Below, one piece after another: positions 27,291 to 42,732 of a stretch of 64,000 bases of DNA (positions are counted from its first letter, which is position 1; each line of letters opens with the position of its first letter). The position numbers were made by a program, and so were the translations under genes. This stretch comes from Octopus vulgaris. Lineage: Eukaryota. The notes beneath the pieces are model-generated. The model saw only the letters and a list, made by a program, of their open reading frames with translations, was not told the origin of the DNA and did no database searches. The DNA lies in contig OX597830.1 in NCBI GenBank assembly GCA_951406725.2, positions 71,858,001 through 71,922,000 of the forward strand, given 5' to 3'.

Positions 27291-27457
27291 TGATGTGTAT
27301 GTATGTATGTATGTATGTATGTATGTATGTATGTATGTATGTATGTATGTATGTATGTATGTATGTATGTATGTATGTATGTATGTATGTATGTATGTAT
27401 GTATGTATGTATGTATGTATGTATGTATGTATTCATACATGCATACATGTATGTTTG

Positions 27458-27512
<55 letters not shown>

Positions 27513-27730
27513 TAGAAAATTACATATAATAGAAATATTAAAATTAAAATAACAATAATGTACCGATGATTAAGTAAATTGCAAAAAAATAATAAAAACG
27601 TATATAATTGGTAGAATTATTCGTTATTCTACCAATTATATATGTTTTTATTATTTTTTTGCAATTTACTTAATCATCGGTATATTACTGTTATTTTAAT
27701 TTTAATATTTCTATTATATGTAATTTTCTA
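27513..27730. repeat. 105-bp-arm palindrome with 8-nt loop, abutting (TA)n
   Basis: 27513-27617 vs 27626-27730, about 3 mismatches. Confidence 0.92.
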
Positions 27731-27898
27731 GATGGTGTAATTCAATTGTTCATTTTGAATTGATAAAAGGTGTTTTTTTTAATTTTCATATTTATATATA
27801 TATTATATTGTTTGAAATTTGATTTAGTATTTCTAAATTGAATTTTTCCCTGTAAGTTAGGATTTATATTCCCTCAAGTAATAATTATTATATTTATA

Positions 27899-29040
27899 CT
27901 AGCAGTATAACCCGGCCTTGCACGGGATTAAGTTACGATTATTAAGCTAATCAAGTTCTTTATTTCAAACCAAACTAAGTAATATCGACGTCAAATTTGG
28001 GCAAAATCCGTCGAAATTGGTTATATTATATATATATATTATATATTATATATATTATATATATATAATATAATATAATATTATATATATATTATATATA
28101 TTATATATATATATAATATAATATAATATGATATAATATAATATAATATAGTATAAATATATATGGGCAACAGACATGAACACACATGTACGTACGTACG
28201 TACACCTATTACATGTTTTGTGCATGTTCATAAACAGAAATGAATGGAAAAATGTTGTTAAATTTGTAGCTTAACACTCGCACGATTTTCACTAAGAAAA
28301 ATAATCGTTTTTATTTTTTTGCGTGGAATCAACTACTCTGGCCTCCTAATATGCTACAAAACCCTTTTTGTGGTCCGTGAAACGGAGTGGGTGTGGTGGA
28401 AGCCTCGGAAATTGTACCCATTTATATTGTGCAATTCACTGACAAATTGCTACTCACCTCTTTGTTTCTTTGTTGTTAAATAAATGGATTGTCAACAAAA
28501 CACTTTTTTACTCGGCGTAAAATAAAAACAAAATTCTTTCGCACCAAAAGTAATGTGAGAAAGAGGGGGGGAGAAAGATGAACGATTTAAAATAAATAAA
28601 TGATTTTAAATAAATATATGTAATTGTTGTGTGAGAAAGTATATATACTATGATTATAAAATATAGTGTCTTTCAAAAACATCCCGAATTTGAACATTAT
28701 ATCTCGTGTTTAAGAAAAGACAAAACATTTTACATTTTATATTTTATGAACGTCGTCACTTACTCTCTCTCTCCCTCTCTCACTTTGTCTTTCCCGAGAA
28801 ACTCTACTTCTCTTCCACGTTTCTTTATCTTGTTTTTTTTTTGTAACAAGAATGTTCCCAAAAAATTTTTGAAAATTTGGGGAAAATTTTAAAAAAGTTT
28901 TTGAAAATTTTCCCCAAATTTTCAAAAAATTTTTCAAAAATTTTTGTGGAAAATTTTCAAAAAATTTTTCAAAAATTGGAATTGTAGGCCCGTCTCTGGC
29001 AATTTCGATCAATTGGATCTTGTCCTCCCTTTTGTATAGA
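27899..29040 (-). mobile_element. Non-autonomous Helitron
   Basis: Minus strand begins TCTATAC and ends with GC hairpin CCCGTGCAAGGCCGGG followed by TTATACTG-CTAG|T; no TSD. Confidence 0.7.
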
Positions 29041-31725
29041 AGTGTACGGCTGCAGCGAAATTCATTTTTGAACTTTCTTCTATCGAAGGCATTTTGGCTG
29101 TTGACTCTTCAGGAGTTCATCCGCCCTTTATTGGGTCTTATTTTTCCATCCCACAGGGAGTCCAACAGCACCCTCCTCACCAAGCGAACCTGGTGGGGTT
29201 GTCAGTTTAGTCGCCGACGTCCCGACCATGCAACAGGTTGTACTGGATTACATGCTACCAGTAGCACTCTAGAGCGACCTGACATAAAGTAGCACTCTAG
29301 AGCGACCTGACAACTAGACAAAGGGTTGGCTATGAAGTCCACTTACACTGTCGTGATGGGAGACTTCAACGCAAAGGTTGGACATGGACGACAAGGAGAG
29401 GAATACGTCGGGAGATTTGGCATGGGAGAGAGAAACGAGAGAGGAGAACGTTTGGCTACCATGGCAGAGGCGAGGCAGCTCTACATCGGAAACAGCCTAT
29501 TCAGGAAGAGGGAGAGGAAGAGATGGACTTGGATATCGCCGAACTCTAAGTACCGAAGCGAGATCGACTAAATCCTGGTTGATAAGCGACGCATATTACA
29601 TGACGTCTCCGTCGTGACGCCATTCAACACCGGCAGCGATCATCGTCTGGTAAAGGCGAGGGTCGTCATCGGCGGGAAGAGGGAGAAGATGGCGCTGTAT
29701 TTGGCGTCGAGGGAAAACGTGTCCGAGTCTACAACGAGGCAAAGCTGCAGGAAGCCATTATGCAGGAAGACTGGTGCCAAGGAGACGACATAGACGATGA
29801 ATACAACTCACTGATAGGGAAACTGAAGAAGTGTTTAAGGAAGGCTAAGGGAGTATGCCAAGAGAAAAGAAGGGAAGAATCTCGGAAGAAACTACGAAGT
29901 TACTCGAGAAGAGGAAAATATGAAGAGGACTATTGAAGATCACCTTGAATATTCCATTCTCAGCAGAGTGATTCGTCAGCAACTAAAGAAAGACTTTGAG
30001 GCATACCGGATGGAGAAGCTCTTGAAGGCCGCAGAGGAAAAGAAGAGCCTTAAGAAATGCAAGAGGGACATGGTACTATATAGATCGGAGGTACGGCCCT
30101 GAAAAATACAGATGGAATACCGGTCAACGAGAAGAGCGAGATGGAAAAAGTTTGTGAAGACTTCTACACCAAGCTCTTTAAGTCTACCAGAAATGTCCAG
30201 CCGTTACTACCACTCCAACAGGAAGAAAACGTGCCACCTATCCTTGTCAGTGAGATTGAAAGAGCCATCAGCTCGATAAAAAAAGGCGGAAAGACGGTAT
30301 GACATCGGAGGTGCTAATGTCAGGCAGAGAGCAGCTCTGGAAAATCCTCGCTGAGCGATTTACGCACTATGTAGATGAGGGAAGAATTCCCTCGCAGTGG
30401 AAAGAATCAAATACCATCTTGCTGTATAAGAAGGGCGACAGCGAAGATCTAAAGAACTACCGACCCATATGCCTGCTGTCTCACGTGTACAAGCTGTTCA
30501 CGAAGATAATTCTGAATAGGTTGTCACGTTGTCTCAACGAACAACAACTGAGGGAGCAAGCAGGTTTCCGGAAGAACTACAGCACAATGGACCATATATT
30601 TGCTCTAACGCAACTGCTTGAGCGAGCAAATGAGTACAAGCTGCCTCTTTGCGTTGCGTTTATAGATTATGAGAAGGCCTTCGATAGCGTCGAAACCAAC
30701 GCAGTGCTGAACTCGCTGCAGAGGCAAGGAATCGAAGCGCAATATGTGCAGCTGCTCAGAGAGGCAAATTCCGGATGCACCACCGACATAGCTCTACTGT
30801 CATCACCCATACGAGTGCCGGTCGAGAAGGGAGTGAAGCAAGAGATACAATCTCCCCAAAACTTTTCACTGCATGTCTCGAACAGATCATCAGAGGCATC
30901 GAATGGCAAGGTGGTGTCAACATCAATGGCGAGCTCCTCACTCACCTCCGTTTCGCTGACGACATCGTACTCATCGCTGAAAACACGGATCAGCTTCAGA
31001 CCATGCTGACGGAGCTCGACATCAAAAGTTCTGCAGTAGGTCTCAAGATGAACCGCATGAAAACAAAGTTCATGCGGTCAGACAACGTACCAACAGGTCG
31101 AATGGTGATCGGCAGTGATGAAATAGAGGAGGTGAGAGAATATGTCTACCTGGGACAGGAAGTAAATATGTGCCGGGATATCAAAAAGGAGATCTCACGG
31201 AGAGTAAGGGCCGGATGGAAGGCGTTCAATGGCATAAGGGATGTGCTCAATATAAAGGTTGGACAGGACCACCCGCGGCAACCTCATTAACAGTGCAGTT
31301 CTGCCTGCAATGTTATATGGTAGTGAAACATGGGCTACCACAAAGAGAGAAGAGCAAAGACTGATAACGGCTCAAATTGCCATGGAAAGGTCAATGCTTG
31401 GTATCTCGTTGAGAGAGCACATAGAATAGCAACATCATCAGAAAGAAGTCCGGCATGAGAGATGTCATCGCAGAGTATACTCGCAGCAAGTATAGATGGG
31501 CTGAACACGTCGCCCGGCTCACGGTGGACAATAAGTTGTCGAGTGGTACCCGCGTGAGCGGAAAAGACCACCCGGAAGACCTCCACGACGGTGGAGTGAC
31601 GATTTCAAGAGGACGATTGGGATCACGTGGATTAGAAAGGCACGATCCAGAGAGGAGTGGACAGCGTGCTGTGACCAGCGGTGTCAAATGGACGCCTGAC
31701 GGACTGGTCGGTCAAAGTGAGAGTG
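29041..31725 (+). mobile_element. RTE-clade LINE, near full length, internally deleted and frameshifted (APE + RT)
   Basis: GDFNAKVG, SDHRLV (APE); NYRPICLL, QAGFR, FIDYEKAFDSV, DTISPKLF, LRFADD, YVYLG (RT); short GAGTGA tail. Confidence 0.93.
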
Positions 31726-31889
31726 ATATATATACACACATGCATACATACATACATACATACATACATACATACATACATACATACATACATAAATGCA
31801 GTGCTCCAGCATGGCCGCAGTGAAATGACTGAAATAAATGAAAGAATACAAGAACTCTATATGTATGTGTATATATACATGCATATGCA

Positions 31890-32013
<124 letters not shown>

Positions 32014-32321
32014 TATAACTGGTGTCATTCAATACACCTGAAAGCTATAAACAATTGGTGTGTTTAATATTTTTAGACTAGGATGACAACACGGTTTTGA
32101 AATTTGACCGCTGTGTAATATTATGCCATTCTGTAGTCTGTCGTTTTTCGTTTGCTTTTTAAACACAGCCATATAAGAGTTAGGTCGTCTTATTAGCAAC
32201 ATTGTAAGGGACGACAGCAAGAAGAACAGGAACAACAGCAACATCAACAACAAAACTAAATATCTTGAAATTTGGTCGTGTAATGGTGGAGAATGTTTCG
32301 TTTGGGAGCTAAGTATATATA

Positions 32322-33210
32322 TCATCATCATGGTTGTTCTCGTCGTTCAGACGTCCACTTTCCCTGCTGGCATAGGTTGGACGGTTTGACTGAGAAATAG
32401 CGGCGAGCTGGCAGAAACGTTAGCACACTGGGCGAAATGCTTAGCAGTATTTCGTCTACCGTAAAGTTCTGAGTTCAAATTGCGCCGAAGTCGACTTTGC
32501 CTTTCATCCTTTCGGGGTCGATTAAATAAGTAACAGTTACGCACTGGGGTCGATGTAATCGACTTAATCCGTTTGTCTGTCCTTGTTTGTCCCCTCTGTG
32601 TTTAGCCCCTTGTGGGTAGTAAAGAATTAGGTTTGACTGAGAACTGTGAAGCCGAGAGTCTGCATCAGGCTCCAATCTGATTTGGCAAGTTTTCTACAAC
32701 TGGATGCCAGTGAAGCGGCACTACCATCATCCACATTCGAAAAGTGCTTTTCACGTGCCACCGGCACGTAAAAAGTGCCAATCAGTACCAGTCAGGTGGC
32801 ACTGGCATCGGCCACGCTCGAATGGTGCATTGTACATTCCACCGGTATGGGTGCCAGTCAAGCGGCACTGGCATCGGCCATGACTACCATTTCGCTCAGT
32901 TCAATAGGTCTTCACAAGCACGGCACATCCCTTAACGATTCATTGTTTTTTTTAATGCACCGGTTATGTGACACTTACATCGGCCACGACTACGATCTCT
33001 CTTGGCTTACCGGCTCCTCTCAAGTACGGCCTATCTCCAAAGGTCTCGGTCGCTTGTCACTGCCTCAGTGAGGCCCAACGTTCGAAGCTCATACTTCCTC
33101 ACATCATCTCATGTCTTCATGGGTCTACCTTTTCCACAGGTTCCCTCCACTGTTAGGTTGTAACACTTCTTCTCACAGTTGTCCTCATCCATACGCATCA
33201 CATGACCATT
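32322..33210 (-). mobile_element. RTE-type LINE 3' end and UTR with (TGA)n tail, interrupted by a SINE
   Basis: GHVMRMDEDNCEKKC...VEGTCG...DRDLWR on the minus strand; repeated GGCACTGGCATCGGCCA motifs in the UTR. Confidence 0.75.
32397..32629 (+). mobile_element. SINE group A, full length, 14-bp TSD
   Basis: TSD GGTTTGACTGAGAA at 32383-32396 and 32630-32643. Confidence 0.92.
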
Positions 33211-33426
33211 CCTGTGCAAAATATATATTTTAGTATTTTTCTTGTTTTCTCTTTTCTGTCGCTATTTTTTTCATTCTGCTTTTTGACCATCATCAGCACC
33301 AACATAACCACAACCATCACAGCCATCACCACTGTAGCCACAGTGGTGATGTCCTTATCTTCTCATCGTATCTCTCTTTGTATAACAACACTTCTTTATC
33401 ATCATCATCATCATCATCATCATCAC

Positions 33427-33467
<41 letters not shown>

Positions 33468-33699
33468 CCACCACTGTACCAGTGATTGTAGGATCTCTAG
33501 GAATGATAAAAAAAAATGATACTGAAACCTATTTGAAAATGATACCAATCTTACCATCCATACAGGTAGTGCAAAAAATCGTATTAACTGGAACGATTCA
33601 TGTACTGAGAAGAGCATTATCGCTGTGAAAACAACATCCACTCATGAATTTATTTGTTTATTAATTTTTTTAAATGCATATTGTACCTGTGAATTTGCA

Positions 33700-34148
33700 T
33701 ATGTAATCTGAGAATGTGTACAATGAGCTTCTCTGCCCCAGGTGTACGGAAAATAATCAGCGAGAAATGGAAGAAAATTTAAAAGAAAAAAATCAATAAG
33801 AAAATTGTAAAGGAAGTGGAAGAATAACTCCCCAAAAATAATGCAATCCTTTAAAAGTTGAAGTAGGAATAATTTAGAGCATGCGAAGAGTAAAAGTCGA
33901 GCCTATAATAACTGAAGCGTTGGAAACAGTAAGCAAAGATATACACAAGTGACTGAAGAAGATTCAAATAGAATGCCCGTTAGATCTCCTATAGAGTGTT
34001 TGTCTCTTAGGGAGAGCAAGAATTATTAGGAGGGTGCTAAGCACTTAAAAACTGCTGAAAACTTGTGGATGCCTAAGGTTACGGGTAGTAAACCGCTACC
34101 CACAAAATTCCTACCAGTATTACGACTGAATCTGAGCCAAACTAAAAT
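33700..34148 (+). mobile_element. R4/Dong-type LINE 3' relic ending in (TAA)n
   Basis: VKVEPIITEALETVSK...LLGRARIIRRVL matches the RLE C-terminal PIIxGALG...LLGTAxILRxxL region. Confidence 0.55.
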
Positions 34149-34155
34149 AATAATA

Positions 34156-34942
<787 letters not shown>

Positions 34943-34959
34943 TATAATAATGAAAATAA

Positions 34960-35388
34960 TCTTTTCTTTTAAACATACAAAGCCTGAAATTTGGTGAAGG
35001 GGCTTAGTCGATATCATCGAGAGCAGTACTCAGCTGGTACTTATTTTATCGACCCCAAAATATCAAAGACAGGCCTCGGCGGAATTTGAACACACAATGT
35101 GAAGACAGGCGAAATGCCACTAAGCATTTTACCCGGGGTGCTAACGATTCATTGATTAATTGTAATACTAACCCTATCTACTATAGGTACAAGACCTGAA
35201 ATTTGAAGGAGGGAGATAGTTAATTACATCAACCTCCAGTACTCAACTGGTACTTAATTTATCGACTCTGAAAGGATGAACGGCAAAGTCAACCTCGGTG
35301 GAATTTGAACTCAGAACGTAAGTAAAGACGGACGAAATGCCGCAAAGCATTTTCTCCGGTGTGCTTATGATTCTGCCAGCTCGCCGCC
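34960..35388 (-). mobile_element. Two tandem SINE group A copies
   Basis: Two cores (CTGGTACTT..TTTATCGAC) at about 35030 and 35250. Confidence 0.75.
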
Positions 35389-35457
35389 TTTGTGATTATA
35401 ATTACGATCACAATTATAATTACAATGCAGGAACAACACACAGTAACGATACAACGG

Positions 35458-36062
<605 letters not shown>

Positions 36063-36429
36063 AACACTACCACCACCACCACCACAACAACAACAACAAC
36101 AAAAACAACCTCAACAATTTCCAAGGAATGACATGTAGTGAGAAACGGTTGCAATGTCAGCTCTTATTTTTTTGTTTGTTTGCTTGCTTTTTCTTTGTTC
36201 TTCTGTTGTTTTTGTTTTTTCGTTTTTTGTTTTTTGTTTTTTTTTTCAATCCCAAAAATCTTTCTCGAAGCACAAACATAACAGAACGAATATTTGTCGT
36301 GGTAGTAGCGTGATGAAAAACAACAACAACAACAACAACAACAACAGCAACAGCAACAACAAGAAAAAAGGCGGTATGGGAGCTCGGTGAAGTGGAGGCG
36401 AGCGAGAGAGGGTTACGGCCGCGAGAATG

Positions 36430-36735
36430 ATTTACTAGCGACACGCCAGAAAAATTCAAGAGATGACTTCCGTTATAGTATTCCAACGCTACTCTGTTAT
36501 TCTTCAGATCTAAATAGAGCGTATCTGACAGTTCTTGTTACTAGCAGCATAGAACTGCAATGCTTAGTATGTATGGTTAACCCTTTTGGAACTGCTGCTG
36601 AGGATTGGCACGTGTGGTGGACAAACATATTTTATTGTTTATTTGAAATCCTTTGTCGACCACCCATCTTACGGTAGCCATATCTTTATTTTTGATTCAC
36701 TTTTATGTACAGTATTTTCCTGTTACATTTCTTCC
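36430..36735 (-). pseudogene. APCDD1-like pseudo-exon (N-terminal domain start)
   Basis: KCNRKILYIK/SESKIKIWLP*DGWST...NHTY*ALQFYAASNKNC vs recalled human [30 protein letters not shown]...NNTFKAYQFYYGSNRC; in-frame TAA stops and frameshifts. Confidence 0.55.
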
Positions 36736-36766
36736 ATCACAAATAGTTATACATACATGCCTACAT

Positions 36767-36822
<56 letters not shown>

Positions 36823-37089
36823 ATATACATATATATATATATACATACGTACGTACATCATTTATACATACATATATACACATATAGATAGATTGATACA
36901 TACATATATACTACATACATACACACATACATACATACACACATACATACATACATACATACATACATACATACATACATACATACATGTATACATATAT
37001 ATATATATCAAATATTAGATGAGAAGGGAAAAATAGATGAAGACTAGGCGAATATATAAAGGGCAGAAAATGGAATCAAAAAGACATAC

Positions 37090-37182
<93 letters not shown>

Positions 37183-38999
37183 TGTATGTATATATATATG
37201 TGTGTGTGTGTGTACATATATATATGTGTGTGTATTATATTTATTATTATTATTGTTGTTATTGTTGTTGTTGTTATTGTTATTATTATTTTTATTTATA
37301 TCTTCTATTTATTTGTGCGATACAACCAGTGGTTTCACAAAATCGTTAGAGCACCACTTGAGCGAAATGCCATGAGTTAATTGCTTTAGATCTTTACACC
37401 CTGAGTTCAAATTTCTCTCATGCTAAATTTACCTTTCGTCTCTCAGGGGTCAAATATAAAAGAATACCGTTCTAATACATGGTTCGGTTTTAGCTTTTAA
37501 CTCTATTTCCATTTCAAATTTGCTAGCTCTTTGTCAGAATCTTTTGTTGCCTTTTTCTTTCTTTTAAAGAGGTCTAGGACTCTCACGGTCGGTTACCCGG
37601 CTTCCATAGCGTATATATGACGGACATCACAACAGTCTCCTGCAGGGAACATTGGTACGTAGCCGGGCTCAAGTGCTGCCGGTTTCAGGGTGATGGTAGC
37701 GTTGGTTGGTACCTTACTTAAATGATTCCGAAGGGATTAAAAGTAAAGATGTCCTCCGCAAGATTTGAACTTAGAACTCCAAAGAAAATTTGTGTGAGGT
37801 GCTGATGACCCGGCAAAATCTCCGGTATCTTCGCCTTCATTACGAACAGTAACTTATTTACAGTTGTTTTTTATTCCATATATTTCTTGTGGGTCTTTAT
37901 ATTCTATCTTAGTTCTTGTTTTTGTTCCAACTTTACATATTTTATGGAATACATGCGGTATTTTCGAAGCATTCGTTAATTTATGTTAAAGTTATATATA
38001 CTTGACAAAATTATATCAAGATTTTCGTAAAGTTTCTCACGCAAATACGGGATACTTCGGAACGACCTGATAGACTAGTGGTCGAGAAACCAAGGAGAGA
38101 CTTTTTTACAATTACATTGTCCGAGAACAAATGTTTTGTGAGAGAAAGTCGGTTAACAAAACTATGCAAATTCCTATCGAATATATGTTGGCATATGCAT
38201 AGATACATACATATATACATACAAACACACACGCAAACAAACACACGCACACAAACACACACATACAAACACACACACAAACGCATACAAACACACAAAC
38301 ACACATATACACACATACACACACAAATGCACACACACAAACGCACACAAACAAACACACACACACGAACGCATACACAGAAACACGCACACACACACAC
38401 ACATATATATACACACACATCTGTGCCACTACCTAAGACTTCTTGGAAGAAATACTAATTAATTTCGCCATTTATCAATCTGCTAAAAAAAATACTAGAT
38501 GGTTTAGAAACTGCATTCGATACAATCGACATTTGAATGAGCATGCGCATTTAGAAGTTACAGAGAAATAAAGGGGAGATAATTAAGATTAAAGTAAATA
38601 TCAGCAGTCATTTACAAATATCAAAAATATTCCTAAGCCAACGATGGAATTCTTTATGATATATTCGATTCTGTATTATGAAATCCCGCTAAGATGTATT
38701 TTATAACATGCGGACACGAAGAAAACATCTCGCTACTTGTATTTATACAGTCGCGGAGTTTTTCAAGTTTTTTATTTTGTTTTTTAAAGTAGCTAGAGTT
38801 ATTCAAGCGAGCATACAGAATAAACATTTTGAAACGTTAAAATTAAGTTTGATCCTGGAAGAAGCTGATGATCTTTCCCTTAGTTGCCAGATCAATACTG
38901 AGAGGTTTATTGCCAGTCTGCATGAATAACAGGAGCGAGATGTTTCCTTTAGGTCTTCATTTCACAAATTTGAGCTTGCATTAAGTGCAATAAAAATGC

Positions 39000-39083
<84 letters not shown>

Positions 39084-39134
39084 TAATAATGGTGAATTAA
39101 GTGTAACCACAACAAAAGCAATATATCTATATAT

Positions 39135-39313
39135 GCACGTTAGCACGTCGGGCGAAATGCTTAGCGGTATTTCGTCTGTCGTTACGTTCTGAGTTCAAAT
39201 TCCGCCGAGGTCGACTTTGCCTTTCATTCTTTCGGGGTCGATAAATTAAGTACCAGTTTCGCACTGGGGTCGATGTAATTGACTTAATCCGTTTGTCTGT
39301 CCTTGTTTGTCCC
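39135..39313 (+). mobile_element. SINE group A, truncated at both ends
   Basis: Matches 32397-32629. Confidence 0.85.
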
Positions 39314-39528
39314 TTCGGCTGAAGAGCTACAGATATGTTATGTGAGTAAAATTACATAATTTATTAATAGCGAAACAATTGTCCTGAACTAATCTGCATT
39401 TTTGTTATTTTTATTTGCCCTGTCCGTTTGCGCTAGTAGTCGTGCTAACTTTCATCGGAAACAATTCTTTGTGGCTGAAACCTAGCGGATCTATTTTTAG
39501 TGCTAGAGTCGACCATATAGTGGTTACT

Positions 39529-39570
<42 letters not shown>

Positions 39571-40065
39571 AGTGTGTGTGTGTGTATATATGTATATATA
39601 TATACACTCATACACACACACATATATATTTAAATAATAATAGTAAAAAATTCATATTAATTTGATTAATATGAATTTAAACCAGCGGCCTAGCATATTG
39701 AAAAATTCTGAAGAATCAGAAAAATTATATTACATATAAGAGGGATGTCCACCTAGTGGTCATCCCTCTTATATTTATATATATATATATTGCAACCGTT
39801 TACTCAACATGCAGGAATTGAACACCTATTTTGTATATCTTAAACTACCTCTGACGAAATACGACTTTCGAATAATTTTCAATCTTAGTAATTAATTTTC
39901 TGAATGTCTTGAATTGAAACAGCTGTAAGAGATTGTTATCAATTCTTTAATTAATAAATAATAATTTATTAAAGCAGCAAGACTCTCCCTAGATACAACA
40001 AAATTTGTTTCAACACACGAATTCATATAAAGAGTCTTGCAAACCAGATACATAAACGAAATATA

Positions 40066-40954
40066 CAGAGTACCGTGAATAAGCTGTCTCCTAAATTACG
40101 CAAAAATGAAAATTACAATGACATTTCATTTTAACATACATATTTACCAAAATTACATAGAAATAACTTGAAATACTAAAAAGTAAAGTTATTCAATAAA
40201 ATCGCCATTGGCTTCAACCACGGCTTCCAGACGACTTCAGAATCTCCTGCAACTCTTCTGGACGGTTTCTTTTTTAAGTTGGGGAATGTTGCCACAATCC
40301 TTGCCTTCAGTTCATCTTTGGTTACAAGGAGTTATATTGATCTTTCGCTCAACTACGCCCCAACACATAATAATCAAGGAGGTTGCAGTTTGGGGGGTTA
40401 GGTGGGCAGATGTTAGGGGTGATATAGTCAAAGAAATTGTCTGATAGCCATGACTGGGTTTTCCTGTTTGTGTGACATGGTGCAGAGTTCTGTTGCCAGG
40501 TATAGGGTCTTCCAGCAGCCACCCTCTTGATCCAGAACAACACTACCTCATCCAGACACTTGATGTAGGTCCCCGTGTTGAGTGTGAGACCGTGTGGGTA
40601 GAAGAATGGAGGCATAACGTCACTATCTCTAGGGATCACTACAAACACCATAATTTTGACTAGATGTTTGCTTTTTATCAGTCTCGGTATATCTCCTCAG
40701 ATTGCTCTGTCCTCAGATAGACACACAAGCACTCTGATACATTCGTATTAGAGCTCCCGTCACGAATGTCAAACAGTGCAGCATGTCGTTTCCAAATTTC
40801 AGGCAGATTGAATTGCGTCATGGTGCTGTTATTCTCAAAGACGGTGCCCAACTAACCCTACTATACTGTGTAGTCGACAAAATCAAGAATAAACAATACG
40901 CACGCGTGAAACAAAAAATATATAAAATGACTACAGTTTACCCATCACATCCTG
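40066..40954 (-). mobile_element. Tc1/mariner-superfamily (DD37D/maT-like) transposon relic
   Basis: WQQNSAPCHT...PPNPPNCNLLDY (compare QQDxAPxH...WPPxSPDxNPLDY); TA-flanked degenerate CAG...CTG termini. Confidence 0.8.
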
Positions 40955-40999
40955 TATACATGCACGTGCGCGAATATTATCGTTTACCTATTTCAGACA

Positions 41000-41345
41000 T
41001 TAGACAGTGGCCATGCTACAGCACCACCTTGCAGAAATTTAATGAAACGAATCGACTTTCGTACTTATTTTTTTTAAAAACGATTCTTACCCGTTCTGTA
41101 TGGATCTTTGTGACTAAGTTACGGGGACGCAAAGACACCACCAACATTTCTCAAGCGGTCGTGGGTACAAACGAAAGTGCGCGCGTGCTCTCTCACACAG
41201 ATACACACACACATGCACACACACAGATACACACACACATACACACACACACACATATACATGTGACGGGCTTATTTCTGTTTACGTTTACGAAATCCTC
41301 AAATCTACTCATAAGGCTTTGGCGGGCCCGAGACTATTATAGAAG
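41000..41345 (-). mobile_element. SINE group B, degenerate
   Basis: GGCCATGCT..AGCACC, AAGTTACGGGGACG and AAGGCTTTGG motifs. Confidence 0.6.
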
Positions 41346-41726
41346 GCATTTTTACCACATAGCCACACCTGATAGATCAATCTATCGATAGATTGATAGA
41401 TAGACAGATAGATATACATGCACCGCCCACCTTTCTAAACGCAGGTGTCTATAGATATAACTGCGAAAATCATAACAAAGTGGTTTCACTCTGATTGCGT
41501 TTGATGTAAGGGAGGCGACTCTCATAAGAATAGTGATGTTGTTTAAAAGGAATCATTTAAGAAAATAGCATTTTAGTTGTCAGGAAACATTCGTAAATTT
41601 TGTATATTTTTCTCTTCGTGATGTATCATTAATATATTTCACATACAACACATACGTTGATCGGTTCTTAAATTAGCAATAAATGGAATAAATATTAGCC
41701 TCTTTCGTAGCATTTGTACGTGTGTT

Positions 41727-41792
<66 letters not shown>

Positions 41793-42057
41793 CTTATCTA
41801 TCTACGCATTGAGTCGAAATAGGGGCAGCTGAAGAAGGAGAAAATTCCTTGTGTCGTTTGGCTTTACTCTGTTTTATTGTTGTTAAAAAAAAAGGTCCGT
41901 TTCCTTGTTTGGTTTTATATTTTCGTTTCTCATTGTGTTCTACGTTTATTTGTGGTGTCCTATACTCATATATGCATGTATATATATACATATTTAAATG
42001 TAGGTATGTACATATATGTATGTATGTATGTATGCATATATTTTATTTATTAATTTG

Positions 42058-42140
<83 letters not shown>

Positions 42141-42141
42141 T

Positions 42142-42179
<38 letters not shown>

Positions 42180-42180
42180 G

Positions 42181-42320
42181 CGACGGGCTTCTTTCAGTCC
42201 CCACTCACAGGGCTTTGGTCGGCCCGAAGCTATAGTAGATGACACTTGACCAAAGCGCCACGCAGTGGGACTGAACCCGGAGCCATGCGGTTGGGAAGCA
42301 AGCTTCTTACCACACAGCCA
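42181..42320 (-). mobile_element. SINE group B, 5' part
   Basis: Reverse complement of the group B head. Confidence 0.8.
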
Positions 42321-42530
42321 AACCTGTTCCTACGTGAATGGCAACATTCACCTCGGCGGGATTTGAACTTAGGTTGCAGTGAACCGGAAGAAATAGTGCA
42401 AGGTCCCTCCTTCTTACGGTTGCTCCATCGACTCTTACTAAGCCCGTTTCCCTCTTCTATATTCATTATAAAGTATAATACAGGTGAGATTGACAGCTAT
42501 TTCTAGCATACAACGACTGACCATTTACAT

Positions 42531-42595
42531 CAGAATTTTTCAAACTTTTGTCGCGACCCAGTGAACGTTCGGGACTCACAGTTTGGAAAATGCTG
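42531..42595. mobile_element. Tiny hAT-like MITE remnant
   Basis: CAGAATTTTTCAAACT...AGTTTGGAAAATGCTG imperfect TIRs with GCGACCCA motifs. Confidence 0.45.
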
Positions 42596-42732
42596 TATAT
42601 TCAGCATTTTGTACCCAGTTGCGTTTAATTTTTCTGCCCTTCTTTTGTTCACGCGACCCATTTTATTTATCTCGCGACCCAATTATGTCCCATAATTGTT
42701 CCGCATATGTTCCTGTGTTAAAAAAAAACACA

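Noticed and set aside
36564-36566. In-frame stops rescued by A-to-I editing (stop to Trp)
   Set aside because: The aligned residue would be Lys, not Trp, and frameshifts plus a SINE insertion co-occur; simple decay is more parsimonious
41810-41850. CTGAAGA followed by an AGG..CCT stem
   Set aside because: No downstream GAAA or stem III, so a hammerhead cannot be completed from this copy
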